From Podarcis vaucheri (taxonomy: Eukaryota), in the NCBI GenBank assembly GCA_965113315.1, contig OZ220370.1: a stretch of 64,000 nt of DNA; one strand, 5' to 3'. This document shows, piece by piece, positions 48,617-61,112 of the stretch (positions are counted from its first letter, which is position 1; each line of letters begins with the position of its first letter). The notes under the pieces are model-generated. The model did not search any database. It worked only from the letters and a program-made list of their open reading frames with translations, and was not told where the DNA came from. The position numbers were made by a program, and so were the translations under genes.

Positions 48617-49939
48617 GATCTGTGTTAGGGAACTGCACTTTGGAGAAGTGAAACAGAGCAAGCAAGATGAAAGCTAGCTGTGAAGGCACCACCTTTGGGT
48701 GCTGGTACTTCACTCTGGGGTTCTGATGTGGAGCAAAGGGTATTCAGCCTGCAAGGAATGTGTATGCTGTTAGCCTCCACCTTTTCTCTACCTTTATAAA
48801 TCAAGGCTTCTCTTCTCCTAAGGAAGCCAAACGCATGCATTGCTACCCTGGATCTCCCTACTACGCAAGGAAGAGGGGAGCATGTAACAATGTGAAGAGT
48901 TATAGAATGGATGACCATCATCATTCTTAATAATAACCCCTCTGTTTCAGGAAACACACCTTTTCATAAGATTATTGCGCTGTGATGGGAGAACTAACAT
49001 TTTCTAGCTTCTTTCCCCCATGCATATTTTGGAGCCAGGAGCATGCAACCCACAGAGGATATGACATTGACAAAGCTCTGGCAGATCTTGGGAAGAAGAA
49101 GATTGGGTTTCGCTTCCTGTAGCTCACCCTTCCTTTTCTTTGGTGGAATAGAATCCTTTAGACTGCTCTAAATATTCACAGAAAATGAGAAGATCCTGTC
49201 CTCCTTCAAGGTTAATTGCTGCACGAAAACTTGAACGGAGCATGGTGCAATGTGTTTTGATTTGCGGGTGCATTCGATGCAAATGGTCACAGAAATGCCA
49301 AATCTTTTTCTCCAGCTCCCACATAATAAACTAGTCGCTTTCATTTGATGGAGATTTAGAACATCGTGAGCTATTTTATTTTTTATTTTTTTAAAAAAAT
49401 GGGTTCAAAATGTGGCTTCCTTATTTATTCTCCACACTCCTAGATGTGGCACAATATTCTGAGGATGAGATATCAAAGGAAGCCATTCACTTAGATCTTC
49501 CACGCGTGTGCTGTGACAGGCATGCAGCCGAGACATGAAAGGGCAAACTCCCTTCTCTTCACATTCTTTTTCTCTCTGTGTGTCTTTTAAACGAAAGCTT
49601 TACAAGGAGGATTGTAGTAATGATCAGTGGGATAGAATGTAATGCTTAAAGGTGCAAATGAATAAAAATTAGATGCTAATGCTAACGATGATGGGGGAAA
49701 TCTACTAGGAACTTCTGAGCAGGCATGAAGGGACAAACTACACATTACACAGAAATTCTATTAACAAAAGCAGCTCTGCGATGAGAGGATTAAGAGCAGG
49801 CATCCAACAGGAAGAGGGGTGCTTAACTCCATTTCTCCCCATCGTTCCCTAAATCCAGATCACCCCATGCAGCCAGATTTATCCACACTAGGTTGAACTT
49901 AGATTGGAAACTCCGCAGTGGGGAGGGACTGCTGAAAGT

Positions 49940-50362
49940 GGAGATGGAGGATAAATTTAATTGAATTTGCATTTTAAGCCAAATGTGTTGAATTCACACC
50001 TTCTGAAGCAATACACAAAACAAAGCACAGTGATCCTTTGAAATTCACACTTACCTGAATTTTGTGGTGCAGTTTTCCTGTCAAAAAATGTTTGCAAAAA
50101 TGCATATATTAGGGGAAAGTGTGCATAAAAATGAAGATATTAGTGGGAAATGCATACCAAAAGCATTATATTGAGTTCAGTTGCTTGCAAAAATGTATAC
50201 ATTACTCAAGACTGCTTATAAGAATATTATTTTTTAAAATGCACTGAAATGCTGGTGAATTTCCATAAGGATTTTTTAAAAAATGCAAAAAGTGGAAACA
50301 GAATGTTAAGCTTGAAAAAGAGAGAAACAGAGTACCAAAGTTGACAGATCCTCCCATCACTA
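49940..50362 (-). mobile_element. AGGGATG hAT-type family copy
   Basis: Reverse complement of 30101-30555; ends TTGACAGATCCTCCCATCACTA. Confidence 0.7.
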
Positions 50363-50973
50363 ACTGAGGTAATTATTTGGATGGCTTCATTTATTTTCTG
50401 AATGTCTATCTCACCTTTCCTTTCAAAGGAGCCCAGGGCCGCAAACACACTCACAATAGTTTTTTTCTTTCCTAAAATAGTCAAAACACTCTAAAAGCAA
50501 TTGTACTTTAAAGCGTCTAAAAACAGTTATAGTTAAAAACATAATTTCATCCAGTTATCTCAGGGGTGCCAGGAACAGCAGTGTAGAAGAGAGTTCAGTG
50601 GGAATATTTTGATTACACCATCTAATTTGTAAGAGGAACTGCAATAATTTCATAACCAGGCAGTCAAACAGGGTTGAGAATTTCATCAGAGCCAAGACCA
50701 GTCCTGGGCCTAGCTACCAACTTAAAATAACAGAAAAGAAAATGAAACTAAAGTAACTGCTTTTCCCCTAAGGCAACTGCCACCCCTGAGACCACAGCTC
50801 TCATCAACTCCAAATACTTTTTGAACCAAGCACATGCTGTGTGTAGAGTCACAAAAACTTTTTTCTTGACGTTTTGTGGCATTTTGGGAGGTTAAACTCT
50901 ACAGATACAGCTTTCCCTTTAGCTATTCCCTATCCATGCATTTACTCTTGCTTTTTTATTGTCAAGCAACGTA

Positions 50974-51349
50974 CAGTGGTACCTCGGTTTTCAAACAGCT
51001 TAATTCCCGAACAACTTGGAACTCGAATGCTGCAATCCCGGAAGTCAGTGTCCCGGTTTGCGAACTTTGCTTCGGAAGCTGAACATGCTCCTGAGCTTCC
51101 GTTTTCAATCTTGTGCTGCAAATTTGCCTCCCCCCATTGTAATCAAAGCTTTCCGTTTCCTATTGCATTGTTCCGAGGTGATATTTGGAGCTTATATTTG
51201 GTGCTTTTGTCTTTGTTGATTTTTGTGTTTTAGTTTGTGTGGCTTTTCTGTTTCTGTGACTTTGTTTTATGATTGATTGATTGATTGAGTGACTGCGGAA
51301 ATGGATAAAAGTCCCCCAACCAAACAATGACTATCATCAGTGCAGGTAA
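50974..51349 (+). mobile_element. Tc1/mariner (Tigger-like) element, left arm only
   Basis: TA|CAGTGGTACCTCGG terminus; no matching right TIR seen. Confidence 0.65.
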
Positions 51350-53257
51350 GCCACCCAGAGTGGGCGGGGTATAAATCATCATCATCATCATCTTTGTCTG
51401 ACCTCTGCCTTTGCATGATGCTTGATTCTGGACTGTTTTACTGAGTTTTGCCCTTTGATTTACCTATTGGCTGCTTTTTGGACTCCCTCCCCCCCCCAGC
51501 TGATGCTTTTGGGATTTAGATCCATTCCTACAGTTGCCCTTGTGTGAATTTTGCCTCAGCCAATACTCAAGAACCGAGGCTATACCAGGATGCTTTCTAG
51601 AATAGAAATGCAGCTTTTGCTAGAAATATCACAATTCCTATGGCCCAAATCTGTTTTCAGTACACATGCACACATGCACACTGTGGCAGTTCAATGATTC
51701 TTTTGCATCTCTAAAAATGTAAGGCTCCCCACTTCACTTTTTATGTGCTTCTACTGTTTTGTTTTTCTGTTTTTTAATACCCTAGGGTTGTTTTGCTCTT
51801 CTTTCTTTTTTTCTTTCTTTCTTTTAAGGAAGCTATTGATTACCGGGAACACGGAGAGGTCCAGAATTTTTTTTTTTTAACCGAAAAATAAAGTTAATTT
51901 GCTTGTGCTTTACAGGTAAAATGACTATGCTGCCTCTCTTAAAAATAACAACTTCAAGGGTTTGTTGCTAGTTCTCTTCCCACCCACCGTAGAAAGCCTG
52001 AGGACTTGGTGATAGGACTGGATTTGTAGCTTTAGTTTTCTACTTCTGGATTTTAATTCTCAGCAGAAGTTACATGTCTGATCAGCTCATTCTATTCCCC
52101 ACTTGGGGGGCACAACAAACTAGAGGGATCTCACCAAAAGACTTTAATGAGAGTCAGTTTTCTACGATAATCCTGCTTTGGCCTAGCAGGCATTTCAAAG
52201 GTCAACACTGCCATACAATGGCAGAACTATGTGGATAAAATTACACAGGGGTTTCCTCCGTTTCAGTGGTAAGCTGCCATTTCCCCCCTCCTCTTTGTGC
52301 AGGCATCTTTCTTCTGCCTACAGCCTACAACTTTTATAACGGGGCAAACGGTTAGCTAGATAAGATGTTTGCGAATACAATGCTCATAGCAATTTGTCCA
52401 CCTTCCGTGTCCCTGCAGGTTGGAAAGGCAATCTAGAGAGGAAACGTGAAATGTTGTGTCTGAATATTAGAAACTTATCTAGGTTCAAGTTCATGTTCAC
52501 ATAAGAAGACCCCAAATAGTATCTGTGTTGTATGTCTATAACTTTTCAACCAGGTATAAATATAAGGAATAGCAAAAAGTACCAACAGCTACAGATCACC
52601 CGTAAAACATCCATTTCAACAAAGCCTTTTTCATGTTCCTCTAAATGAATGATAGTGTCCAATACCTTGGGGAAATGTTCATAATCAGGTTCCAGCTTGA
52701 ATGATGAAAAGAGCCAGTCTTTCCAGCATAGTTGTTTTTTAGATGTAATTCAACCATTGCTGTGTTTTCCTTTTAAAAGCAATATATTTCTGGTTACCAA
52801 TTGTGCTTCGGTGAATACAAGCCATCTGAAGTAGTCGCCTCATTCCACTGGATTCTATTTTCTGTCGTATACAGTATTCTAAACAATAATGTGCATAATA
52901 TTGTTCCAAGAATCTTGTAGTGTGTGTGTTTATCAAATTCCTCTTCAGCTATGAAAGCTGTAATTGAGTGAATGGTGCTTCATTTGATATTTTTTATTTT
53001 CTTATAATGGAGATTAAGGCTGTTTTAGCCAGGGCTGGATTATCAAGCAGGTTAAAAATTCCCTGGCACAAGCCCTGTGGTTTACACACCACTGGTGTGG
53101 TCACATAGACCATTTATTTATCTCTTGCATGCATGCACGCACACACACACAAACAATCACCAGTTAAAGGAGCCCCTCTCAGTATCCTAAGGCCAATGAT
53201 TTTTATAATACGGCACTGGTTTAGCTGTCGTGTTTACTTCATTTTCTTTGCTTTTTT

Positions 53258-53258
53258 A

Positions 53259-53316
<58 letters not shown>

Positions 53317-53322
53317 TATTAT
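53258..53322. repeat. (TAT)n microsatellite
   Basis: Directly visible. Confidence 0.95.
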
Positions 53323-53324
53323 TA

Positions 53325-53685
53325 ACATATCACTTCCAACAGTCATTTAACATACATTACTATCTTATACGATATTTTAGACTTCTGTCAACTACCTCTG
53401 AAGATTTTCCATTCTTTATCACTTACTCTGCATTTCTTAATTTCTCTATTACTTTTAATTATCCTTAACTAATATTCTCTTCATAATCTTCCTTGCAATA
53501 TTTCGCATAATCCTCCTTACAAAACTTCTTGCAGTCCTACCAGCATAATCTGTTTATTACAATTGCTTTTCAGATAATTCAAATATTTACTCCAGTCCTC
53601 TAAGAATCTCTGGTCCCGCAGGTTTCGAATCCTTCCTGTCCATATGTCTAATTCTGCATAGTCCATTAATTTCATTTGCCACTGT
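53325..53685 (-). mobile_element. L1-clade LINE 3' fragment
   Basis: Minus strand reads WQMKLMDYAELDIWTGRIRNLRDQRFLEDWSKYLNYL, homologous to the end of ORF 47889-48230. Confidence 0.8.
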
Positions 53686-55257
53686 GTTTACTTAATTTTC
53701 AAGGTGGCCACAGAGTGTTTCTTTCATTCCACAAATCATCTCTCCAGTGGTCTGGACTCTGCTGCCTTCCTGGGTGTTTCCTGAAATTCTCATGATGCCC
53801 TCTCAGTAAGCCTGCACCTGTAAGGGGTGTGTTCTAGGCAGAGAGGATGCAGCGGCCGAGCATATGCTTGTGCTGCCCAGGGCAGGCATGCTCCCGAGGG
53901 GCACGGGGCATGAAGGGTGCCCTCCCAGGCGCAGGATAGTCACTTGGGTGCACAGAGTGGTGTGCGCCCTGCAGCTGGAGGTGGAGCAAGCCACCCACGG
54001 GGGTGGAGAGAGCCGCTCATGGGGGCAGAGTGAGCCGCCCATGGCGGATATTCGGCGTGCTGCCCGCCCACAACTCTGAAGCCTCCCCCAGCTGTCAAAA
54101 TAAAGAGGGAAGGGGGGAATGCCATTGGCAAAGCGTCACAGCTCCCTCCCTTACCCCGGCGGTTCAGGGTAGGCTTGGGAGTCATGGTCGGGTAGCACGC
54201 CAAATGTCACCCCCCTCAGCAAAAACATCCGGGGCGGATGGCCCCATCCACCCCTTCCTTTGCCACTGAGAGGATGTGGCCTCTAGGCAGTTCCGAGGGC
54301 CAAGTAAAGAGTCTGCAATTGCCCCCTAATCCTGATCTTCCGCACCCATGACTTAGATCCAAGACACTCTTTCAAGGCCAATCCAAGGCCTGCTGGCAAC
54401 TCATTCCCTGCTCCATTTCAGACTCCCTCACCTTTCCCAACCCACAAAATCTCCCCCCATGTGTCAATCTGGTTGCAGCAGTCCGCTTAGCTGCGTGGGG
54501 CCCCTGCTGAGCTCTGTCTTGCGTAGGTCTGTTACATTGCCTCTCCTTCTTTGGCAGGTAGGGCAAGGAGACCCTTGACTAGAATGAAACCTCTCCCGTG
54601 GAGAAATTCTGCTCTTGTCGAGTGGACGGTTAATATACATTCCATTTAACATTCAAAGCCAGCTCTCCACAGCCCTGTTTCTGCATCACAGCTGTCTGGT
54701 TCTTTCAAGGTATAAGTAATTCCACATTGTATCTTTTGCCCTTTGATGTCTGATTAGTCAAAGTGCTTTAATTATGCACTCTTTTTATAGCCAGGAGGGC
54801 TCTTGCCCTCATGCTCAAGAGACTTGATGTTTTCAACTGGGATGTATGTTGCTAATCTAGCCTAGGATGCCTTATTGCCACGATTCAGCACAGAATTGCT
54901 TGTGTACGTAAGCCCCATTGATCTCAATGGACGTCCAGATGCAAAGATTCATAATGTGACATAGAAGTTGCCAAGTCTTATAAAAACCCACTGGCCACAG
55001 CTTCTTCCTTCTGAGTCATTTGGGTACAAAGGGGACCACCAGAGACAGCCTTCCACCTATAGGAGTGATGGCAAAAGTTTTAGAGACCGAGTGCCCAAAC
55101 TGCAACCCCAAACCCACTGTATATCTCATTTTTTTCTGTGTGTTTCACGTTTCTTCTTTATGACTGCTATTGTAATGAATAGTCCTTTATAAAAGTTATT
55201 GCATTACATTCTTCATTAAATTATCTTTCCATTGATATATAATTTTATGGTATAACT

Positions 55258-55436
55258 CAGTGCTTTTTTCAAAAGAAATATTTAGGGGTGCTCTCATTTT
55301 GACACAAGGAAATCACTACTGGGGGAAAATAAATACAGATCAAATAGGGGAAAATACAGTGAATTTCTTCTCCTGTTAAATTCACAAAATGTTTAGGGGT
55401 ATGCATCCTCCTGCGTCCCCACAGAAAAAGGCACTG
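55258..55436. mobile_element. hAT-type MITE (CAGTGCTTTTT TIR)
   Basis: TIR CAGTGCTTTTTTC / GAAAAAGGCACTG; 8-bp TSD GTATAACT / GTATGACT. Confidence 0.85.
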
Positions 55437-56227
55437 GTATGACTCCAAAACAAAGCGGTGTTATGAACTATCAAACCTTGGAAATACATTTTTTCCAGAA
55501 GGTACCAGAATTTTGGCCACTAGTGTACACTGGAGGGCTGTACTAAGAGCCACCCTCTCCCGGTTTTTAATACGAGATAATAATGATTGTCTGTGAGCGC
55601 ACATACAAATAAATATAAATAAATAAACCCAGCCAGATGTGCGGGGTGTAAATAATGTTATTATTGTAGTCGTCGTCATCATCAGCAAATTTTGCTGCTT
55701 CTTTGACTGCTGTTTGATCGCAGCCTCCACAGAATGAATTTCTCTGCTGGCTTCCGTGGGAAAGCCCAGCAAACATGTAAACCCAGCAGCCCCTTCTTAG
55801 GTTGCCATCTTTATATGCTCACTGACCTGGGAGTTAAGCCCTGCTTAAACAAGGAGGCTTACTCCAGAGTAAGAAAAACAGACTGGCAGGAGGCCCTGGT
55901 GCATCGAAAGTCAATGCCTGCTCAGCCCCTTGCTCGCTCACCAGGCCCTGAAGCCTCAGGCTTTGGACGGCGCACATGAGTCCTCCTCTTCTACTCCTCC
56001 CCTACTCCCAGCACAGAAGCTACGACCCTGCTGGGGCGACGGCGCACATGCCCACAGAGGGGGCTCTCTGGCATGCTTGCCATAGGTTCGCCACCACTGA
56101 TCTATAGCAAGGAACTATGAGACTCTGGGTAGGAAGAGCCTTGCGGTGCAGGCGTGCGTTTTCTTTCCATCACTCCATCCTGTTGAAGGCCATGGCCCAG
56201 GAAGATAGGAAAAAAAAACTGGCTACA

Positions 56228-56290
56228 CAGGTGTTGAACTAGATGACTCTCTAGACCCCTTCCAGCTCTACAGGTCTATGATTCTATCAC
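56228..56290 (+). mobile_element. CR1 3' terminal fragment
   Basis: TTGAACTAGATGAC..CCCCTTCCAGCTCTA..TCTATGATTCTAT. Confidence 0.7.
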
Positions 56291-57169
56291 TGAAGAATAC
56301 TCTGGATAATCCTGAGTCATGGTGGACTCAGCTACATTACTCAAAAAACAACGTTTTGAATGCGTTATAGACATGCAACACCAGATGGTGCAGCAGAGCA
56401 AAAAAGATTTTCGATGTGATTTCTACATAGCATTTTTTCTTTGGTTATAAAGACTTAATTTCTGACTTATTTATAGTGTTTATTCCTTTGTGTAAGGAGA
56501 GTCCCACAAGCTGGATAGAAAAACCTAGAGGTCTGCATTTGTTCCCCAGGCCTCATGTTCAGATTGCTGCTGATGGTGATGTATTCATGTGATGGTGGTG
56601 CTCAGAAGGTCAGCTTCTACCCCGCTTTTACACAGGGACGTGGGCTGCCATTAATATCATCTGAGAAAACCTGGCCATATCTATATCTAGTAACTTAAGT
56701 AGCTAAGAAAAGAAAGCACTTTGCATTTTTTGCATAGTTTGATTCCCTCTCTCCAAGCTCTTATAGTACTTTAGAGAAGTGGGCAGCTATTATCATGCCT
56801 GAGGCACAATGAGGTTAAGAGACTTGCCTAAGGTCATTTGTCAAGGCAGGCGTAAAGCAAGGAAGGCATGTGGTCCCCTGATAGCCTCTGTGCTGTGCTA
56901 AGCATTGGACTAAAAAACGGAAGTAACCCTCAGAGCTCGCATACTATGTCCATCAAACTAGTCAGTCAAAAAGATGCCAGACTTACAGAGGTTTCTTCTT
57001 CTCTTTGCCCCAGGACACTTTCCATCTGCACACTTCAAATCTCCTTATGGTTCCCTGATTCAGCTTATAGCTCCTACGCACCCAAGTCATCAGTCAGCTT
57101 CTCAATCTCCTTAATTTCCTGCTCATTCTTGGCGGTGCCTGCAATGGTTGCCTGCAAAGATCTCTGCAG

Positions 57170-57259
57170 CATAGCTGTCAACTTTTCCCTTTTCTTGCGA
57201 GGAATCCTATTTGGAATAAGGGAATTTCCCTTAAAAAAAGGGAAACGTTGACAGCTATG
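57170..57259. mobile_element. 90-bp hAT-type MITE
   Basis: Perfect 13-bp TIR CATAGCTGTCAAC / GTTGACAGCTATG; 8-bp TSD CTCTGCAG / CTCTGAAG. Confidence 0.85.
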
Positions 57260-57558
57260 CTCTGAAGTTGGGCAGCGAATGGGAGTTTAAAGCTGTCAGA
57301 GAGTTGACCTCTTATGTGAGTTGAAAACTTCTGTGCTGGAACTTGAGAGGCTTCCAGCAACACATGAGGAGGGAACTCAGATTTCCCTAAAGCTATAAAG
57401 GCCTTGCTTATTAAGGATGTCTCTTAATAAGCCATTACCAAGACAAAATTAAGGTGTGAGATCCTTCAGGTGTTGCCTTTTTATTAATATATTGGCAATA
57501 TATTGTAATCGACAGGAGTGGGGGGAAAGAAGATAACAAGGCAGCTATTATTTAAAAC

Positions 57559-57749
57559 NNNNNNNNNNNNNNNNNNNNNNNNNNNNNNNNNNNNNNNNNN
57601 NNNNNNNNNNNNNNNNNNNNNNNNNNNNNNNNNNNNNNNNNNNNNNNNNNNNNNNNNNNNNNNNNNNNNNNNNNNNNNNNNNNNNNNNNNNNNNNNNNNN
57701 NNNNNNNNNNNNNNNNNNNNNNNNNNNNNNNNNNNNNNNNNNNNNNNNN
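57559..57749. other. Assembly gap (N run)
   Basis: Ns in sequence. Confidence 1.
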
Positions 57750-58432
57750 CCTCAATGCAGGGAGTTTTTTCAGCCAGAACTCATTGTAGCTCAGTTCCAG
57801 CACCTCTCAGGTGGGCACCATTGCCATTAAAGAGAACAAGGGAGGCATTCATGGTGAGTTCTGGCACCTCTTTTTCTAGAACTGTAGCATTGCCTCAATC
57901 CATTTCCTTCTTCTCTCATCAATTGGCATGCCGGCCTGCCAATCCAAACCAAAACTTTTATTCCCTGCAGGTTCATGTGCGCAGCCTGCTTCTCCTTTCC
58001 AACCTCTCCTCTTTCTTATCAAATGACTGGTTTACTCGCTCTCTCACTCATAGAAGCCATACCAAGGCCTTCACAAAGAGGGAGACGTAGAATTAGCCTT
58101 GAAGTATTATTGGTTGCAGTTGGTTCACTGCTGTATTAAGTTCCTGACAAGCTGGGTTCCAGGAAATATGATCACCCTTCTGCTTCAGGGGAGCTGACTT
58201 GGGCCCCATACTGTGGGTGCCCAACAGTGGAGTGGACCACACAACGTCATCATAATGTCGCGTGACATGGCATGGCATCAATGACATCACATCTGCTGTC
58301 ATGACGGTGTGGCGCACACCAGGTGTGACAACTTGAATAAGATATTGGGGGGACAGGTAAGCCCTACCCTGTACATATAATTGATCACATGACACAGTGC
58401 ACACATACCATTTGAATGGGAAAGCCCATAAA

Positions 58433-58677
58433 GAAGAAGAAGAGTTTGGATTTGATATCCTGCTTTATCACTACCTGAAGGAGTCACAAAGCGGCTAACA
58501 TTCTCCTTTCCCTTCCTCCCCCACAACAAACACTCTGTGAGGTGAGTGGGGCTGAGAGACTTCAGAGAAATATGACTAGCCCAAGGTCACCCAGCAGCTG
58601 CATGTGGAGGAGCGGAGACGCGAATCCGGTTCACCAGATTATGAGTCCACCGCTCTTAACCACTACACCACGCTGGC
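58433..58677 (-). mobile_element. Squam3-type SINE, full length
   Basis: Reverse complement of 30841-31086; CATAAA on both flanks. Confidence 0.92.
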
Positions 58678-59477
58678 CATAAACTCTATGGGGGCCCAGC
58701 CCTCTCAAATATTTAATTGTGGGGAGTTGAAGCTCCCACAGCCCTTAGGAATTGGCTCCTATAGCACACATGCTCTGGCACTGTGACGCCGACTAATCTG
58801 GGGCCTCTGTCTCCATGCACAGGAGGAGGAGGTGGGTGGCAGCAAAGGCAGGGGGCAGATGCCCGGCACCTGCAGCAAAACTTATGTGGGTACCCAGGGC
58901 CCTCTGGAGAGGGTGCCAGTGTTCTGCTTGCTGCCATAGCTGGATACAAGATGGTCAAACTAGCCATCTCGTTTGAGGTCCCTGACACAGCACTTAGATG
59001 CCACCCTGACCTAAAGTAGCTTTTGCAGCACAGTTCCTCCCTTTCATTGTATTTATGCAACTGCAGCCACAGTCTTTGCCAAATATGCTCTTGCATTTAT
59101 GTTAAGGAGGTGTTAGTAAAAACTGAATTAATACCCACTTCAGAAATGACTATGAACAAAAGTTATTTTGCAATTCAGCTTTCCCCAGCCTGGATAGCAA
59201 CTCCAGTTTGGCAACTCCAGCTTTCCCCAGTTTTGGAATGGCAACTCCTGTCAGCACCAAATAGCATGTCTAATGGCCAAGAGAGGTTGGAACTGCAGTC
59301 TGATATCCAATCCTCTGGAGGACAGACTTCATATAAACACTGTAATCCTATACCGACCTGAGTAGGCATGTATAGGATAGCTCCATGAAGCATTTGATCA
59401 GCTTATAAGATGCATAACAATCAATCTCTGGGAGATAGTATTAAGCACTTGATCAGTTTATTGAGTTTACTGGACAA

Positions 59478-59758
59478 TGAGATCCAGTGCCGAGGGCCTT
59501 CTGGTGGTTCCCTCACTGCGAGAAGCCAAGTTACGGGGAACCAGGCAGAGGGCCTTCTCGGTAGTGGCGCCCTCCCTGTGGAACGCCCTCCCACCAGATG
59601 TCAAAGAGAAAAACAACTACCAGACTTTTAGAAGACATCTGAAGGCAGCCCTGTTTAGGGAAGCTTTTAATGTTTAACAGACTATTGTATTTTAATATTT
59701 TGTTGGAAGCCGCCCAGAGTGGCTGGGGAAACCCAGCCAGATGTGTGGGGTATAAATA

Positions 59759-59807
<49 letters not shown>

Positions 59808-59825
59808 TATTATTATTATTATTAT
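59478..59825 (+). mobile_element. L2 LINE 3' fragment with (TAT)n tail
   Basis: RSSAEGLLVVPSLREAKLRGTRQRAFSVVAPSLWNALP..FRRHLKAALFREAF, then terminal stem-loop and ATT repeats. Confidence 0.9.
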
Positions 59826-60672
59826 TTTATAAGATTTGTCAGAATCTCTGGAACATAATATTAAGATACAAATGCGTGTATGTATGGTATATGCGTGTAT
59901 GTATGGGGGCAACAGTTTTCAAAGCCCAGATTTACTTCAAGGCAGCTGAGAGCATTTGCATTACCTCAAGCATAAGGTCCAGGGTGGATGGGATCATAAG
60001 CAGAAGGAAGTAAACAGCAGGAGAGCCAGAGGTTTGCATATTAACAGTGAGAGGGACTGGGCAGGAAAGAAAACCAAGTCACAAGTGTCAGAATATGGAT
60101 GGGATAATAAGGGTTGGCAACTTCATGCCAACTGTCCTTTCTGCTTTGAAATGCACTCCTCAGATGTCCTTTGTATATCCGGCCTTTGCCAGCAACTTGA
60201 TATTCAGCACTCCAATCCATCCTTATTACAAACCCAGCACACTTTATTTTCCCCCTCTATGAAGCTATTTTCTAAACGAATCAAAAAGAATATGATTTCT
60301 TTCATAAAGTCCAGAAATCAATAAGATAAGCGATGAGGAGGGAATGACTGAACATACAGCGCAGGGTGAGGAAATCACATTTGCAGGAAGAAGGAACCCT
60401 TAACAGAGCCCAGAATAGCCCTTGTCACTATGCACTGATCCACTTAGAAATTAGGTCTGTATTTGAGGGGCGAGGGAACCTGAGCATTTAGTAGGATGCT
60501 TGTGTAGAAAAATGCATGTGCTTTTTGTAGGGATGCAGAAAATACACAGAATTTTGAATTGGCTTCTAAATCCATATTCCAAAGGTATCTGCTTTCAATA
60601 TTTATTTATTTATTGTAAAAAAAGTTCTTCCGGGTGCAATGTGTGGACCCAGTTGTGAGAGTCAATTAAAAA

Positions 60673-60807
60673 GGGAGTGGGTGGTGCTGTGGTCTAAACC
60701 TCTTGGGCTTGCTGATTGGAAGGTCGGCAGTTTGAATCCCCATGACAGGATGACCCCCTGTCGTTCTCTCCCAGTTCCTGCCAACCTAGCAGTTCGAAAG
60801 CACATCA
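60673..60807 (+). mobile_element. Sauria SINE 5' part, cut off by the CR1
   Basis: GGGTGGTGCTGTGGTCTAAACC..GGGCTTGCTGAT..AAGGTCGGCAGTTTGAATCCCC..CTGCCAACCTAGCAGTTCGAAAGCAC. Confidence 0.85.
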
Positions 60808-61112
60808 GTGTGTAGGGCAGAGTTTGTAGGGCATCAGTTGAAGAAGGAGCAAAAAGGGTTTTCTTGTGTCTGTGTGTTTCTTTGAGGCTGATTAGCTGTT
60901 TTCCCTGTGTAAAGGTCAGAGGGGGCAGGGTTTCTGTTGAGGCAGGGGATTAGCTGTGGGAGGAGCTTATCAGAGTTTGTAGGGCATCAGTTGAAGAAGG
61001 AGCAAAAATCCATCTTTTAGATTTAGGGGAGCTAGTCTCAAACGTTTGTTGAGGGAGATCTAGGTGTTTTTTTTGTGTGAAGGAAGTTATTTGTCCTGTC
61101 TTCAAGCTTTTT

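Noticed and set aside
57518-58090. 190-aa ORF (and ORFs at 9218-9478)
   Set aside because: Length is an artefact of N runs.
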